A DNA stretch of 32,000 nucleotides from Methanothermus fervidus DSM 2088. Lineage in GTDB: Archaea; Methanobacteriota; Methanobacteria; DSM-2088; Methanothermaceae. Below, piece by piece: positions 7,948 to 18,012 of this stretch. The stretch is taken from NCBI GenBank assembly GCA_000166095.1, contig CP002278.1, positions 60,001 through 92,000 on the forward strand, read 5' to 3'. A model generated the notes under the pieces. The model was given only the letters and a program-made list of their open reading frames with translations, was not told the DNA's origin and ran no database searches. Positions within the stretch are counted from its first letter, which is position 1. Each line of letters begins with the position of its first letter. The position numbers were made by a program, and so were the translations under genes.

Positions 7948-9705
7948 ATGTCAAAAAAATTATTACTAGGCATTGCATTAATTATTGTAATTCTCGGAAT
8001 AGGAATTTCAGTATATTTTTATCCTAAAATAGAGTTGCAAAAAAATACATCAAAGAAAATAGATCCTGTCGCAGAAGCAAGAAGATTTGATGTAAAAAAT
8101 GCAATGAATTTTACTTCAAAAATATGTAAGTTAGGTCCAAGATATGGCGGAAATAAGGCAGAACTTGAAGCTGCAAATTTATTAGAAAGTAAATTTAAAG
8201 AATATGGTTTGAATACATCTAAAGAAAAGGTTAACTTAGATGGTGGATATACTTACAATGTTATAGGTGAAATTAAAGGTTCAGAATATCCTAATAGGTA
8301 TATTATTATAGGATCACATATTGATTCTCCAGGATTTTGTGAAGGAGCTACAGATGATGCAGCTGCATTGGGAATACAAGTTGAAGTTGCAAGAATTTTA
8401 AAAGACTGCAATCCAAAAAAATCTATTTTGATAATTGGATTTGGTGGAGAAGAACAATGGTTCAAAGGTTCTGAATACTTTGTTAAAAAACATCCTGACA
8501 TCGTTAAAAATTGTGATGCAGTAATAGATTTAAACTGTGTTGGTTCTGGTGAAAATGTTGGATTGATAAAACATAGTTATTTACCTTCTCCTGTTGATGG
8601 AGATCCAAACTTAATAAATGTATTAAAGTCTTCTGCAGAAAAATTAAATCATGGTGTTATTGTCACAGAAACCACATATCCAAGTGACACATATCCTTTC
8701 TACAAAAAGAATGTTCCAGTGTGTCAGGTCATGAGTCAACCTTTTGGGGTTTCACCATGGAGTAGTGAAAATACCTTTGATAAGTTAAATTCAAATGATA
8801 TTAAAAAAATTGGTGAAACATTGGTTCTTGGAGTTTTAAACTTATCAAATATGAATTCTGTAAAACAAGTTAAAGCTTCTTATGTAACAACGTTTAAAGC
8901 ATCACTAGATGATGGATGTTCATCAATATTGCTTCATGTAAACAATACAGAAGATATATTTTCATATAGAAGGGATGCAAAATATAAAGCAAATATTTAT
9001 ATAGAAAAAGAAGAGGTTTTTGGTAAAAATAGAGTCATTGAATATAAAACTAATAATGGACGATTTTATCACTCGATAATTACAGAAGATGGTTGGATAG
9101 TTGGGATAGGTGGAAGAGATTCATCAGATATAAATGATGAATTGAGAACAATTGCGGAAACAATGATGGACAAGGGGATACAGCATAAATACCTAAAAGA
9201 GGCACTTGAAGTTTTAAAATCTAATGGTTGGGGACATCTATTTATAAAAGCCCCTGATAATACTGTCGGAGTTGTAATTTACGATTATAGGGCAAAACAA
9301 TCAAAAATTGATATTTTTAAAATTAAGAATAATGAATTTGTGGTAGTTCCTAATAATCCAAAATTTTATGTAAAAGGTAAATTTAAGGGAGATCCGATAT
9401 TTGATGCAATAGACATTGCACATAAAGATCCCTATGGAATACATAAACATGACATTATAACATATGACATTAATGGCACTAATTTAAAAATATTTGCATC
9501 TCAAGATGGTTTTCCTGACAATATTATCTATTTAGGTCATAAAATTCCCGGAAAATCATTGCCAAAAGCTCCTGAAAAGAAGATGCTTGGTGAGATTATA
9601 CTTAAAAGAGTTGTAAGAGAAAATAAAAATGATTTTTGGTGTTTTTTAATTAATATGTTTGAGGGGTTTTTTAGATGGTTGCAAAACGTATTATACCTTG
9701 TTTAG
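7948..9705 (+). CDS. Membrane-anchored M28-family Zn aminopeptidase fused to a C-terminal Ntn-hydrolase-like domain
   Basis: Signal anchor [20 protein letters not shown]. The M28 ligand pattern is present: [26 protein letters not shown]. The C-terminal 260 aa begins with DDG-CSSILL...YRRD, which is reminiscent of a Cys-nucleophile Ntn hydrolase. Confidence 0.65.
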   Translation: MSKKLLLGIALIIVILGIGISVYFYPKIELQKNTSKKIDPVAEARRFDVKNAMNFTSKICKLGPRYGGNKAELEAANLLESKFKEYGLNTSKEKVNLDGGYTYNVIGEIKGSEYPNRYIIIGSHIDSPGFCEGATDDAAALGIQVEVARILKDCNPKKSILIIGFGGEEQWFKGSEYFVKKHPDIVKNCDAVIDLNCVGSGENVGLIKHSYLPSPVDGDPNLINVLKSSAEKLNHGVIVTETTYPSDTYPFYKKNVPVCQVMSQPFGVSPWSSENTFDKLNSNDIKKIGETLVLGVLNLSNMNSVKQVKASYVTTFKASLDDGCSSILLHVNNTEDIFSYRRDAKYKANIYIEKEEVFGKNRVIEYKTNNGRFYHSIITEDGWIVGIGGRDSSDINDELRTIAETMMDKGIQHKYLKEALEVLKSNGWGHLFIKAPDNTVGVVIYDYRAKQSKIDIFKIKNNEFVVVPNNPKFYVKGKFKGDPIFDAIDIAHKDPYGIHKHDIITYDINGTNLKIFASQDGFPDNIIYLGHKIPGKSLPKAPEKKMLGEIILKRVVRENKNDFWCFLINMFEGFFRWLQNVLYLV

Positions 9706-10496
9706 ATTGTGATTTACAAGTTCCTCAAGGACGAGTTGTTAAAGGTGTTGAATTTAAGAATATTAAGTATGCTGGTAACCCTGTTGAATTAGCAAAAAAA
9801 TATTATGAGGAAGGTGCTGATGAAATTGTTTTTTTAGATATCACCGCATCTCATGAACGAAGAGAAACCATGACACATGTCATTGAGGCTGTTGCAGAAA
9901 ATGTTTTTGTTCCTATATGTGTAGGTGGTGGCATAAAAACTGTCAACGATTTTACAAAAATGCTTAAGGCAGGCGCTGACAAATGTTCCATAAATACAGC
10001 TGCAATTAAAAATCCTGAATTAATTAATAAAGCTTCTAAAGTCGTTGGTTCACAAGCTTGCGTAGTTGCAATTGATGCTAAGCGCAGATATGTAAATGAT
10101 CCTAATGAAACAGATAAAATCGTTGTTAAAACAGAAAAAGGATATTGTTGGTATGAATGTAGTATATATGGTGGACGTAAATTTACTGGTATAGATGCAA
10201 TTGCCTGGGCAATGGAATGTGAAGAGAGAGGAGCAGGCGAAATATTATTGACTTCTATGGATAGAGATGGAACAAAAGAAGGATATGATATTCCATTAAT
10301 CAAAGAAATAACAAAAAGAGTGGACATCCCTGTCATTGCTTCAGGCGGTGTCGGAAACCCTAAACATATTTATGATGCGTTTAAGCTTGGAAACGCAGAT
10401 GCTGCATTGGCTGCAAGCATTTTTCATTATAATGAATATAGCATATCTGATGTAAAAAAATATTTGTGGGAAAAGGGTGTGGAAGTAAGGTTATAG
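9675..10496 (+). CDS. hisF: Imidazole glycerol phosphate synthase cyclase subunit HisF
   Basis: [12 protein letters not shown] start, with [21 protein letters not shown] and SGGVG motifs of the HisF (beta/alpha)8 barrel. Overlaps the 3' end of the upstream gene by 31 nt. Confidence 0.95.
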   Translation: MVAKRIIPCLDCDLQVPQGRVVKGVEFKNIKYAGNPVELAKKYYEEGADEIVFLDITASHERRETMTHVIEAVAENVFVPICVGGGIKTVNDFTKMLKAGADKCSINTAAIKNPELINKASKVVGSQACVVAIDAKRRYVNDPNETDKIVVKTEKGYCWYECSIYGGRKFTGIDAIAWAMECEERGAGEILLTSMDRDGTKEGYDIPLIKEITKRVDIPVIASGGVGNPKHIYDAFKLGNADAALAASIFHYNEYSISDVKKYLWEKGVEVRL

Positions 10497-10497
10497 T

Positions 10498-11379
10498 ATG
10501 GAAATAAATAAAATAAAATGTGGAAAATTTAGTTTTAATGTTCCTAATTTTGACTTAAAATTAACAATGTTCAGTGGCCAGACTTCACAACCGCCTTGGA
10601 AACACAAAAATGATTATTATCAAGAGTTAATTTTTATTGAGGATAAACCATGTTTGATAAAAGTAAGACAAAAAAACAATCATTTAGAAGTTAAATATGA
10701 GACAGATACAAAAGTATCTCCCCAAGATATTAAAAAAACTATAAAATATATATTTGATTTAGAATTTAATTTGGATAAATTTTATTTTAATTTTACACAA
10801 AATGATTCAATATTTTCAAGAATTGTTGAAAAATACAATGGATTAAGACTTTTTCTTGCACATAATAAATATGAATGCATAATTTCATCAATTACGTCTG
10901 CAAATAATTCAATCTCAAAATGGACACGTTCAATATTGAGAATTAAAGAAAAATTAGGAAGAAAATATGTTTTTCCATCTTCTGAGGAGATGTACTATTT
11001 TCCTGATCCAGAAACAGTCTTAGAAAATAAAGATAAACTTAAGTATTGTGGAGTTGGTTATAGGTATAAATATATTGTTGAGACTACAAAAATTTTGTAT
11101 GAGAATTTATCTATTGATGAAGTTAATAAGATGGAATATGATGAAGCTTTTGAAACATTACTTGAGTTACCTGGTGTAGGTCCGAAGGTAGCTGATTGTA
11201 TTCTTTTATATGGATTTAGGAGATATGAAGCATTTCCAGTAGATATATGGATAACAAGGGCAATCAAAGATCTTTTTGGTGTATCTAAAGATATAAGAGA
11301 ATTTGGACAATCAAAATTTGGTAAATATGCTGGATATGCACAACTCTACCTATACCAATATATACGGCACAAAAAATGA
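10498..11379 (+). CDS. ogg: 8-oxoguanine DNA glycosylase / AP lyase (Ogg, HhH-GPD superfamily)
   Basis: Helix-hairpin-helix motif LELPGVGPKVADCILLYG followed by FPVDIW (catalytic Asp region), plus an Ogg-type N-terminal domain. Starts 1 nt after the hisF stop. Confidence 0.8.
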   Translation: MEINKIKCGKFSFNVPNFDLKLTMFSGQTSQPPWKHKNDYYQELIFIEDKPCLIKVRQKNNHLEVKYETDTKVSPQDIKKTIKYIFDLEFNLDKFYFNFTQNDSIFSRIVEKYNGLRLFLAHNKYECIISSITSANNSISKWTRSILRIKEKLGRKYVFPSSEEMYYFPDPETVLENKDKLKYCGVGYRYKYIVETTKILYENLSIDEVNKMEYDEAFETLLELPGVGPKVADCILLYGFRRYEAFPVDIWITRAIKDLFGVSKDIREFGQSKFGKYAGYAQLYLYQYIRHKK

Positions 11380-11948
11380 AATTTCAAAAAAATTTTAAAA
11401 ATTTTGAAAAATTTGTTAAAAAAACATATGAAAAATCTTTAAACATTCTTGAGAAGAAGTATTGTTGGAAATGTCCACAGAAAACAACAAGCCATATTAT
11501 TAAATGTAGAGAAGTGGAAATATACCAAAGACTTTATAAATCTTTTAAAAATGCTTTAAATGAATTTTTAATAAATAATTATTCTAAAGAAAATATTAAA
11601 AGAATAAAATCACGTTTATTCCAGAAGATTTCTAAAGAATTTTTAACATTGGTAAAAATTGATGAAAATTCTGATTATTTCGCTGGTAGCTGGATTATTC
11701 TTCGGAGAAACTCACGTGTAATCAAAAAAGGTGACCTAATTTTGTACAAAACTAACTCTGGTTTTAAAATGTCTAAAGTTCTTAGGAAATATTGTGAAGA
11801 TAACCTGGACTACATAGATGTTGGAGACAAAAAACTGCTTAATTATGAAATCTATGGTAAAATAGAGAAAATAATAGAACCTAATGATGATTTATATCCA
11901 ATTTTTGAAAATATTTCTGCACCCATAGTTCTAAAATTGACTTCCTAG
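11376..11948 (+). CDS. Hypothetical protein (basic; CxxC...C near the N-terminus; S24/SH3-like C-terminal segment is only a guess)
   Basis: 190-aa ORF whose start overlaps the ogg stop (ATGA). Coding-like composition, no diagnostic motif. Confidence 0.5.
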   Translation: MKFQKNFKNFEKFVKKTYEKSLNILEKKYCWKCPQKTTSHIIKCREVEIYQRLYKSFKNALNEFLINNYSKENIKRIKSRLFQKISKEFLTLVKIDENSDYFAGSWIILRRNSRVIKKGDLILYKTNSGFKMSKVLRKYCEDNLDYIDVGDKKLLNYEIYGKIEKIIEPNDDLYPIFENISAPIVLKLTS

Positions 11949-11950
11949 AC

Positions 11951-12454
11951 TTATAATCTCAAAATAACTTCTTCCTCTTCAAAAGCCCCTGGATCCTTCT
12001 CTATGCATTCCTTAACCTTTTCCTTTATCTGATCAGCATCCTCAACATCTATCAAATCAACAATCTCAACCTGTTTCTGGAATCTCTCCAATGCTTCCTC
12101 TGGTAAATTCTCTATGTAAGGTATTGCTCCCTTTGCACCAATTATCTTCCTTTTATCATCGACACCATTCTTATGTAACGCTTTCATACTCTGTCCAACA
12201 ATGTGCCCTTGAACCTCTGAACCACATAAAACTAGGAATCTTATGTTTGGATTTGAGATTATATTTGCTATTACCTTCTCTATTCCTAAATTCTCTGTCT
12301 TGCAAGGCCCAGCTATTGCAGCTCCTGCATCTATTGGTATATCTTCTATATGTGATGCTAATGTTACTGCTGCAACAGGACTTTCAGGATCTCCAACAAT
12401 ATAATCTCCACTAACTACTGGCCATCCTTCTGCTGGTTCTTTTTTCTTTACCAT
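11951..12454 (-). CDS. Soluble MtrA homologue (tetrahydromethanopterin S-methyltransferase subunit A-like corrinoid protein)
   Basis: [13 protein letters not shown]...VAVVTLAS-type N-terminus and LCGSEVQGH, characteristic of the MtrA fold. At 167 aa it lacks the C-terminal TM helix of bona fide MtrA. A strong RBS AGGAGGTGA lies upstream. Confidence 0.8.
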   Translation of the reverse strand: MVKKKEPAEGWPVVSGDYIVGDPESPVAAVTLASHIEDIPIDAGAAIAGPCKTENLGIEKVIANIISNPNIRFLVLCGSEVQGHIVGQSMKALHKNGVDDKRKIIGAKGAIPYIENLPEEALERFQKQVEIVDLIDVEDADQIKEKVKECIEKDPGAFEEEEVILRL

Positions 12455-12582
12455 ATTTTTTCACCTCCTTCTTCTTTTGTTTAATTATTTGTTCATTAAT
12501 TATTAAATTGTTTTCTATTTTTCAATTTATTATGATAAATTTAAAAAAAGTTTATTAAAAATCAATTATTTGTTTAAAAAAG

Positions 12583-13536
12583 TTATTTAAATAACCAAGG
12601 TTCCATTAATACAGCCTTACATTCATGTTTAAATTTACATTTTCCACAATTTCTAGGCATTGGACATCCTATTTTTTTAACATATTCGTCTATGTTTTTC
12701 ATTTCCTTTGGATAGTATCCTGAATAATTTACATTTTTTAAACCAATTTCTTTGCATTTTTTAACCAATTTTTCCATAAGTTTTTTACTTGGACCTGCAT
12801 GATAATACAAAACAAAATTTGGTCTAAATCCTATCAATTTATAATTTAATGAAGGATCAATGTCTTTGATAAATTCTGCTATTTTTAAAACTTGTGAATC
12901 AGTAATTTTAGGAATAACAACAGATCTAAAAACTCTTATTTTTTCTGGATGATTTTTTGCAAGATATTCTGCATTTCTGAGTACAGGATCTACAGGAGCG
13001 CCAGTTAAGTTTTGATGTATGTCGTTGTCAAAGGCTTTTATCTCAAAATTTATGAAAGATGCAATTTTTACCAATTTTTTAAAAGTTTTCTTAGTTGCAA
13101 ATCCATTCGTTGCAAAACCAATTCTTAAATTTTCTTTTTCTTCTGTTACATATTTTATGACTTCCTCTATGTATGGAAGATGTATCGAGGGTTCACCACC
13201 TGTGAAACTAATTCCAGAAACTCCTATTTTTTTAGCTATTTTACTTTCTAATTGTCTTAAAATTTCCTTACCTAATTTCTCAGGTTCTACATAACCCCTA
13301 TATATCCAACCAGTGTCAGGATATTGTGAAATTCTATAAGCATTACAATAAAAACATCTAAATGAGCATCCAAGGAAAGTTATAGCATATGTTTTTAAAA
13401 GATACGTAATGCTTGTGTATGCAATTTCTGGTAATGTGCTTCTACAAACGCCTCTTTCACCTTTTATTCTATTTACACCACATTTCCATTCACAAAGTTT
13501 GCAATTTTTAAATTCTTTTAAATTCATTTCCCTCAA
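12583..13536 (-). CDS. Radical SAM protein, pyruvate formate-lyase-activating-enzyme-like
   Basis: CSFRCFYCN (CxxxCxxC) cluster motif, a GGEP motif (FTGGEPS) and extra N- and C-terminal Cys pairs (CKLCEWKC, CGKCKFKHEC). Confidence 0.8.
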   Translation of the reverse strand: MREMNLKEFKNCKLCEWKCGVNRIKGERGVCRSTLPEIAYTSITYLLKTYAITFLGCSFRCFYCNAYRISQYPDTGWIYRGYVEPEKLGKEILRQLESKIAKKIGVSGISFTGGEPSIHLPYIEEVIKYVTEEKENLRIGFATNGFATKKTFKKLVKIASFINFEIKAFDNDIHQNLTGAPVDPVLRNAEYLAKNHPEKIRVFRSVVIPKITDSQVLKIAEFIKDIDPSLNYKLIGFRPNFVLYYHAGPSKKLMEKLVKKCKEIGLKNVNYSGYYPKEMKNIDEYVKKIGCPMPRNCGKCKFKHECKAVLMEPWLFK

Positions 13537-13759
13537 TAAAAAAATTATTTTAAAACAAAATCTATTGTTTGTGATAAAAAATATTTAATTATTATTATTG
13601 TTATTAATGTTTGGAACTATTGTAGGTTCTGTGTAGTAATACAATTTTATTTAACGTGTTTGTTTTTCATCAATATTCCAAAATACAACAAATTCTGTTG
13701 AAAAAAGCATGACTAGTTATTTCATTAAAAATAAAATTAAAACAAAAAAATTTAAAAGT

Positions 13760-15655
13760 TTAATCTTCTAATGTAGATGTATCTCCTAACTCTTCACCTA
13801 ACTCTTTAGCTCTTAATATCCTCCTCATGACTTTACCGCTTCTAGTTTTAGGTAATTTATCAACTTGTTCCATTTCGCCAATAACTGCTATTGGTCCAAT
13901 TTCATGTTTCACATGTTCTTTTATTTTTTCCATTAAATTGACATCTAATTTCTTACCATTTTTTAAAACTAAAAATGCTTTGATGACATTGCCCTTAATT
14001 GGATCAGGTTTACCAATTACTGCAGCCTCTGCAACATCAGGATGTGAAATTAACGCAGATTCGACTTCTGCAGTTCCAATTCTATGTCCAGAAATATTTA
14101 TAACATCATCTGACCTTCCTAAAATCCAGAAGTAACTATCTTTATCTTTTTTCCCCACATCTGTTGCCAAATAATAACCTGGAATAGTTTCCCAATATTC
14201 TCTATACCTTTTTTCGTCTTTATAAATGGTTCTCATCATTGCTGGCCAAGGCTTTTTTATGACAACATAACCTTTTTCTCCAGGTTTCACAGGATCGCCA
14301 TTCTTATTTACAATGTCTGCATCAATGCCAGGAAGAGGTTTTGTTACAGATCCTGGTTTTAATGGTGCAGTTGGCAATGGAGATATCATGTGCATTCCTG
14401 TTTCTGTTTGCCACCAAGTATCCATTATTGGACATCTTTCATTACCAATAACTTTGTAATACCATAACCAAGTTTCAGGATCAATGGGTTCTCCAACAGT
14501 GCCAAGAATTTTTAAAGTAGAAAGATTGTATTTTTTTGGATGCCTATCACCAAACCTTCGAAGATGTCTCAATGCTGTTGGAGCTGTATAAAATTTTGTT
14601 ACACCGTATTTTTCAATTATTCTCCACCATATTGCAGGATCTGGATAATCAGGTGCTCCTTCATATATTATAGTTGTTGTTCCAAGTAGTAAAGGACCAT
14701 ATACTATATAACTATGCCCTGTTATCCATCCTATGTCTGCTGTACAGAAATAGAGATCATCATCATGAATATCAAATACCATTTTGAGTGTGCTGCTTAC
14801 ACCTACCATATATCCACCGACTGTATGTAGAACACCCTTTGGTTTACCAGTGCTTCCTGAAGTATAGAGGATAAACAATGGATCCTCTGCATCCATTTTT
14901 TCTGGAGGACATTCTGAATCTTCACCTTCTATTAATTTATCATAGAAAAATTCCCTACCTGTTAATTCTGAGATTTTTACAGGTACATTAGCATGATTTA
15001 CAACTACTATGGTTTCAACACTAGGACATTTTGCTACAGCTTCATCCACATTATCTTTAAGTTTTATAATCCTTCCTCGTCTAAATGTAGCATCAGCAGT
15101 TATTACTACTTTTGCATTTGTTTCTCTTATTCTTTCTTCTAATGCTCCTACACTTAATCCTGAAAACACTACTGTATGAATTGCACCTATCTTTGCACAA
15201 GCTAACATCGATATAACTAATTCAGGGCACATTGGTAGATATAAACAAACTACATCGCCTTTTTTCACACCAAGTCTTTTTAAGGCATTTGCCATTTTAT
15301 TTACTTCTGTGTATAACTCATAATACGTTAGTTTCCGTTCTTTTTCTTTTTCACTAGTGTAAATAATTGCAACTTTGTTTCTTTTTCCAGTTTTTATCCA
15401 TCTGTCTACAGCATTATATGTGATATTTGTTTTACCATTCACAAACCATTTATAAAAAGGTTTATTGCTGTCATCCAATACCATGTCCCATTTTTTAAAC
15501 CATTTAAAATCTTTAGCCTTTTTCTTCCAATATTCTTCAATGTCTTTTCCTTTTTCAATCTCTTTTTCCCAATCCTTTACATGTGCTCTTTTTACAATTT
15601 CTTCTGGTGGTTCTATTATCATGTCTTCAAAATTTTCTTTCATACTTTCCACCAT
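13760..15655 (-). CDS. acs: Acetyl-CoA synthetase (AMP-forming)
   Basis: 631 aa with [11 protein letters not shown] (AMP-binding P-loop), WWQTETG, and [15 protein letters not shown] with a C-terminal KTRSGKIMRR-like motif ([10 protein letters not shown]). Confidence 0.95.
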   Translation of the reverse strand: MVESMKENFEDMIIEPPEEIVKRAHVKDWEKEIEKGKDIEEYWKKKAKDFKWFKKWDMVLDDSNKPFYKWFVNGKTNITYNAVDRWIKTGKRNKVAIIYTSEKEKERKLTYYELYTEVNKMANALKRLGVKKGDVVCLYLPMCPELVISMLACAKIGAIHTVVFSGLSVGALEERIRETNAKVVITADATFRRGRIIKLKDNVDEAVAKCPSVETIVVVNHANVPVKISELTGREFFYDKLIEGEDSECPPEKMDAEDPLFILYTSGSTGKPKGVLHTVGGYMVGVSSTLKMVFDIHDDDLYFCTADIGWITGHSYIVYGPLLLGTTTIIYEGAPDYPDPAIWWRIIEKYGVTKFYTAPTALRHLRRFGDRHPKKYNLSTLKILGTVGEPIDPETWLWYYKVIGNERCPIMDTWWQTETGMHMISPLPTAPLKPGSVTKPLPGIDADIVNKNGDPVKPGEKGYVVIKKPWPAMMRTIYKDEKRYREYWETIPGYYLATDVGKKDKDSYFWILGRSDDVINISGHRIGTAEVESALISHPDVAEAAVIGKPDPIKGNVIKAFLVLKNGKKLDVNLMEKIKEHVKHEIGPIAVIGEMEQVDKLPKTRSGKVMRRILRAKELGEELGDTSTLED

Positions 15656-15743
15656 TTTTATTTCTATTGAAAATTGATATATATTAATTATGATAATTAT
15701 GAAAATAAAATTAAAATGTAATACTAATTAAGAAAAAATAAAA

Positions 15744-17333
15744 TTAGGAAGATTCCTCTTCTCCCTTTGATTTAAATGTTTCACTTGCCGCAATTACATC
15801 GTCAATTCTTAATATCATTTCTGCTGCTTCCGCTGCTGATTGTACTGCTTGCTTTTTAACTCTGTATGGTTCTATTACGCCCATTTCAAGCATGTCTATA
15901 ACTTCACCACTGAAAACATCAATTCCCATAGTTGTTGATTCTTCATGTGCAGCTCTCAAATCAACTAGTACATCAATACTATCCATACCTGCATTCTCTG
16001 CCAATGTCTTTGGAATTATTTCTAATGCATCTGCAAATGCTTGAATTGCTAATTGCTCTCTTCCACTTACTGTTTCTGCATAATCTCTTAATCTCTTTGC
16101 AAGCTCAACTTCAGGAGCTCCTCCACCAGCGACTATTTTCTTATCTTCTATGACTGCAGACACAACGCCTATAGCATCTTCCACTGCTCTTTCAACTTCA
16201 CTTACTACATGTTTAGTGCTACCTCTAAGAATTATAGAAACAGCTTTTGGATTTTTACAACCTTCAACAAATGTTAATATTTCATCAAATATTTTCTTTT
16301 CATAAACAACTTCTGCTTCGCCTAAATCATCTTCTGTTAAATCTCGAATGTCCATTACTATTTTTCCACCAGTAGCTTTCTCTAAGCGTTTCATATCTGT
16401 ATTTTTAACTCTTTTGAGTGCATATATTCCTTCTCTAGCTAAATAGTGTTGTGCTAAATCATCAATGCCTTTTTGACAGAATACAACATTTGCACCAACA
16501 TCTACTATTTTTTGAACCATCTCTTTTATCATTTCCTCTTCTTGTTCAATGAATTTTTGCATTTGTGATGGATCTGTAATTCTAATTTTTGCATCGATCT
16601 CTGTCTCCTTAACTTCTAAAGGATATTTTAACAATGCTATTTTTGCATTTTCAATTTTTTTAGGCATCAATGGAGATACCCTTCCTTTATCAATTGCAAG
16701 ACCGTCTACAATTTGGGAATCATCAACTGATGCTCCAGCTATTCTTTGGATGTGAATATAATCTTTATCAACTTCTCCATTCTCTTCCACTTGTTTTACA
16801 GCTTTAACAACTAACTCTGCTAGTGGTTTTCTAGCTTTCTCTGAACCTTTTCCAGTCATTGCTGTCATTGCAACCTTTAACAATGTTTCTTCATCATCTG
16901 CAGTTATTGCAATATCATCTAATATCTCCTGAGCTTTTTTAGCTGCTTTTCTGTAACCCATTGATATTATTGTAGGATGTATATCCATATCTAGTAAATC
17001 TTCTGCTTTCTTGAGTAACTCTCCAGCTAAAACAACGGCTGTTGTTGTACCGTCTCCAACCTCATCCTCTTGAGTTTTAGCAACCTCAACGAGCATTTTT
17101 GCTGCAGGATGCTCAATATCCATTTCCTTTAAAATTGTTACACCGTCATTTGTGACAACTATGTCTCCTAGAGAATCAACAAGCATCTTGTCCATTCCTT
17201 TAGGTCCTAATGTTGTCCTTATGGTCTCTCCTAATACTTTTCCTGCTAAAATGTTCATTCTTTGTGCGTCTCTACCTATGTATCTTTTTGTTTTTGCAGG
17301 TAAAATATATATGGGTGTATTTAGTCCTCTCAA
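15744..17333 (-). CDS. ths: Thermosome (group II chaperonin) subunit, paralogue 1
   Basis: [16 protein letters not shown] and VAGGGAPE motifs. TTG start preceded by GGTGAT. The C-terminal tail [12 protein letters not shown] lacks a Gly/Met-rich tail. Confidence 0.95.
   Translation of the reverse strand: MRGLNTPIYILPAKTKRYIGRDAQRMNILAGKVLGETIRTTLGPKGMDKMLVDSLGDIVVTNDGVTILKEMDIEHPAAKMLVEVAKTQEDEVGDGTTTAVVLAGELLKKAEDLLDMDIHPTIISMGYRKAAKKAQEILDDIAITADDEETLLKVAMTAMTGKGSEKARKPLAELVVKAVKQVEENGEVDKDYIHIQRIAGASVDDSQIVDGLAIDKGRVSPLMPKKIENAKIALLKYPLEVKETEIDAKIRITDPSQMQKFIEQEEEMIKEMVQKIVDVGANVVFCQKGIDDLAQHYLAREGIYALKRVKNTDMKRLEKATGGKIVMDIRDLTEDDLGEAEVVYEKKIFDEILTFVEGCKNPKAVSIILRGSTKHVVSEVERAVEDAIGVVSAVIEDKKIVAGGGAPEVELAKRLRDYAETVSGREQLAIQAFADALEIIPKTLAENAGMDSIDVLVDLRAAHEESTTMGIDVFSGEVIDMLEMGVIEPYRVKKQAVQSAAEAAEMILRIDDVIAASETFKSKGEEESS
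16761..17285. repeat. About 525-bp tract identical at the nucleotide level, in inverted orientation, to about 23901-24425
   Basis: Codon-by-codon comparison of the two thermosome genes from RYIGRDAQ to GEVDKD found no differences, including at synonymous sites. The antisense track ORFs 17152..17367 and 23786..24034 also share an identical peptide. Confidence 0.85.
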
Positions 17334-17433
17334 AAGATCACCTTTCCTTTTTTGTGAATTGTTTTAATAATTTCTCAATAAATCTAAAAAAATTTGATGT
17401 TAGATCTTTATGTTATTTGGATGCTAGCTCTTT

Positions 17434-18012
17434 CTATATAAAACTTTTGTTTTTTGCATCTGTTAACAAATTCCACTTAAATTCCCAAAAATATTTTTCT
17501 TCTTCTTTAGATGGTTTTAAATGCTCCATTTCATGAGAAATACCATATGCTACAGGGCCTTTAAAGGTTAATGGACCTCTTAATTTTTTTATTCTTATTT
17601 CATTACTCATAGGATCTAACTCAGCTTTTATTATTGTTTTACCGTCTATAGTAATTTTGTAGGGTCTTTTAACTAATTTTCTTTCTTTTTCATTTCCACA
17701 TTTTTCTAGACGATAAACTGTGCCTTCTTTACTTAATATTTTTGGATTTAGGAATAAATAGATTTTTTCTAAAGTATATCCTATTTTTTTATTTTCATCA
17801 TAACGAGTCACTTTTTCCTTCACAGCTATAGAACTTTCAGAATTTTTTACGACACTCCAGTCTCCACCAAAACGAATAGAAAAAATAAGAGGTAAGAAAC
17901 TTTCTTTGGGAATATTAAGTTCTTCTATTATTCTTTTTTCTTCCACAGCAAATTTTAACATTTTTTTAATATTAGAAACTTTCAATATATCACCTATTGT
18001 TTTTAAAATCAT
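17434..18012 (-). CDS. Hypothetical protein, co-oriented with cpgS and overlapping its 3' end
   Basis: 192-aa ORF with coding-like composition. Its start overlaps the last 23 nt of cpgS. No recognisable motif. Confidence 0.55.

Noticed and set aside
13655-13675. TTGATGA on the minus strand in the acs/radical SAM spacer; similar degenerate tcatcaa / tcag...tcattcc strings at 4590-4600 and 4659-4676
   Set aside because: The C-box R position is mismatched or the box is degenerate, and no properly spaced D box or partner module is present. There is not enough support to call sRNAs.
17152-17367. Antisense ORFs shared between the two thermosome loci (17152..17367 and 23786..24034; 15932..16153 and 25033..25254)
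   Set aside because: Their identical peptides only reflect the identical DNA tracts of the thermosome paralogues. They lie antisense to well-supported genes and are not independent duplicated genes.
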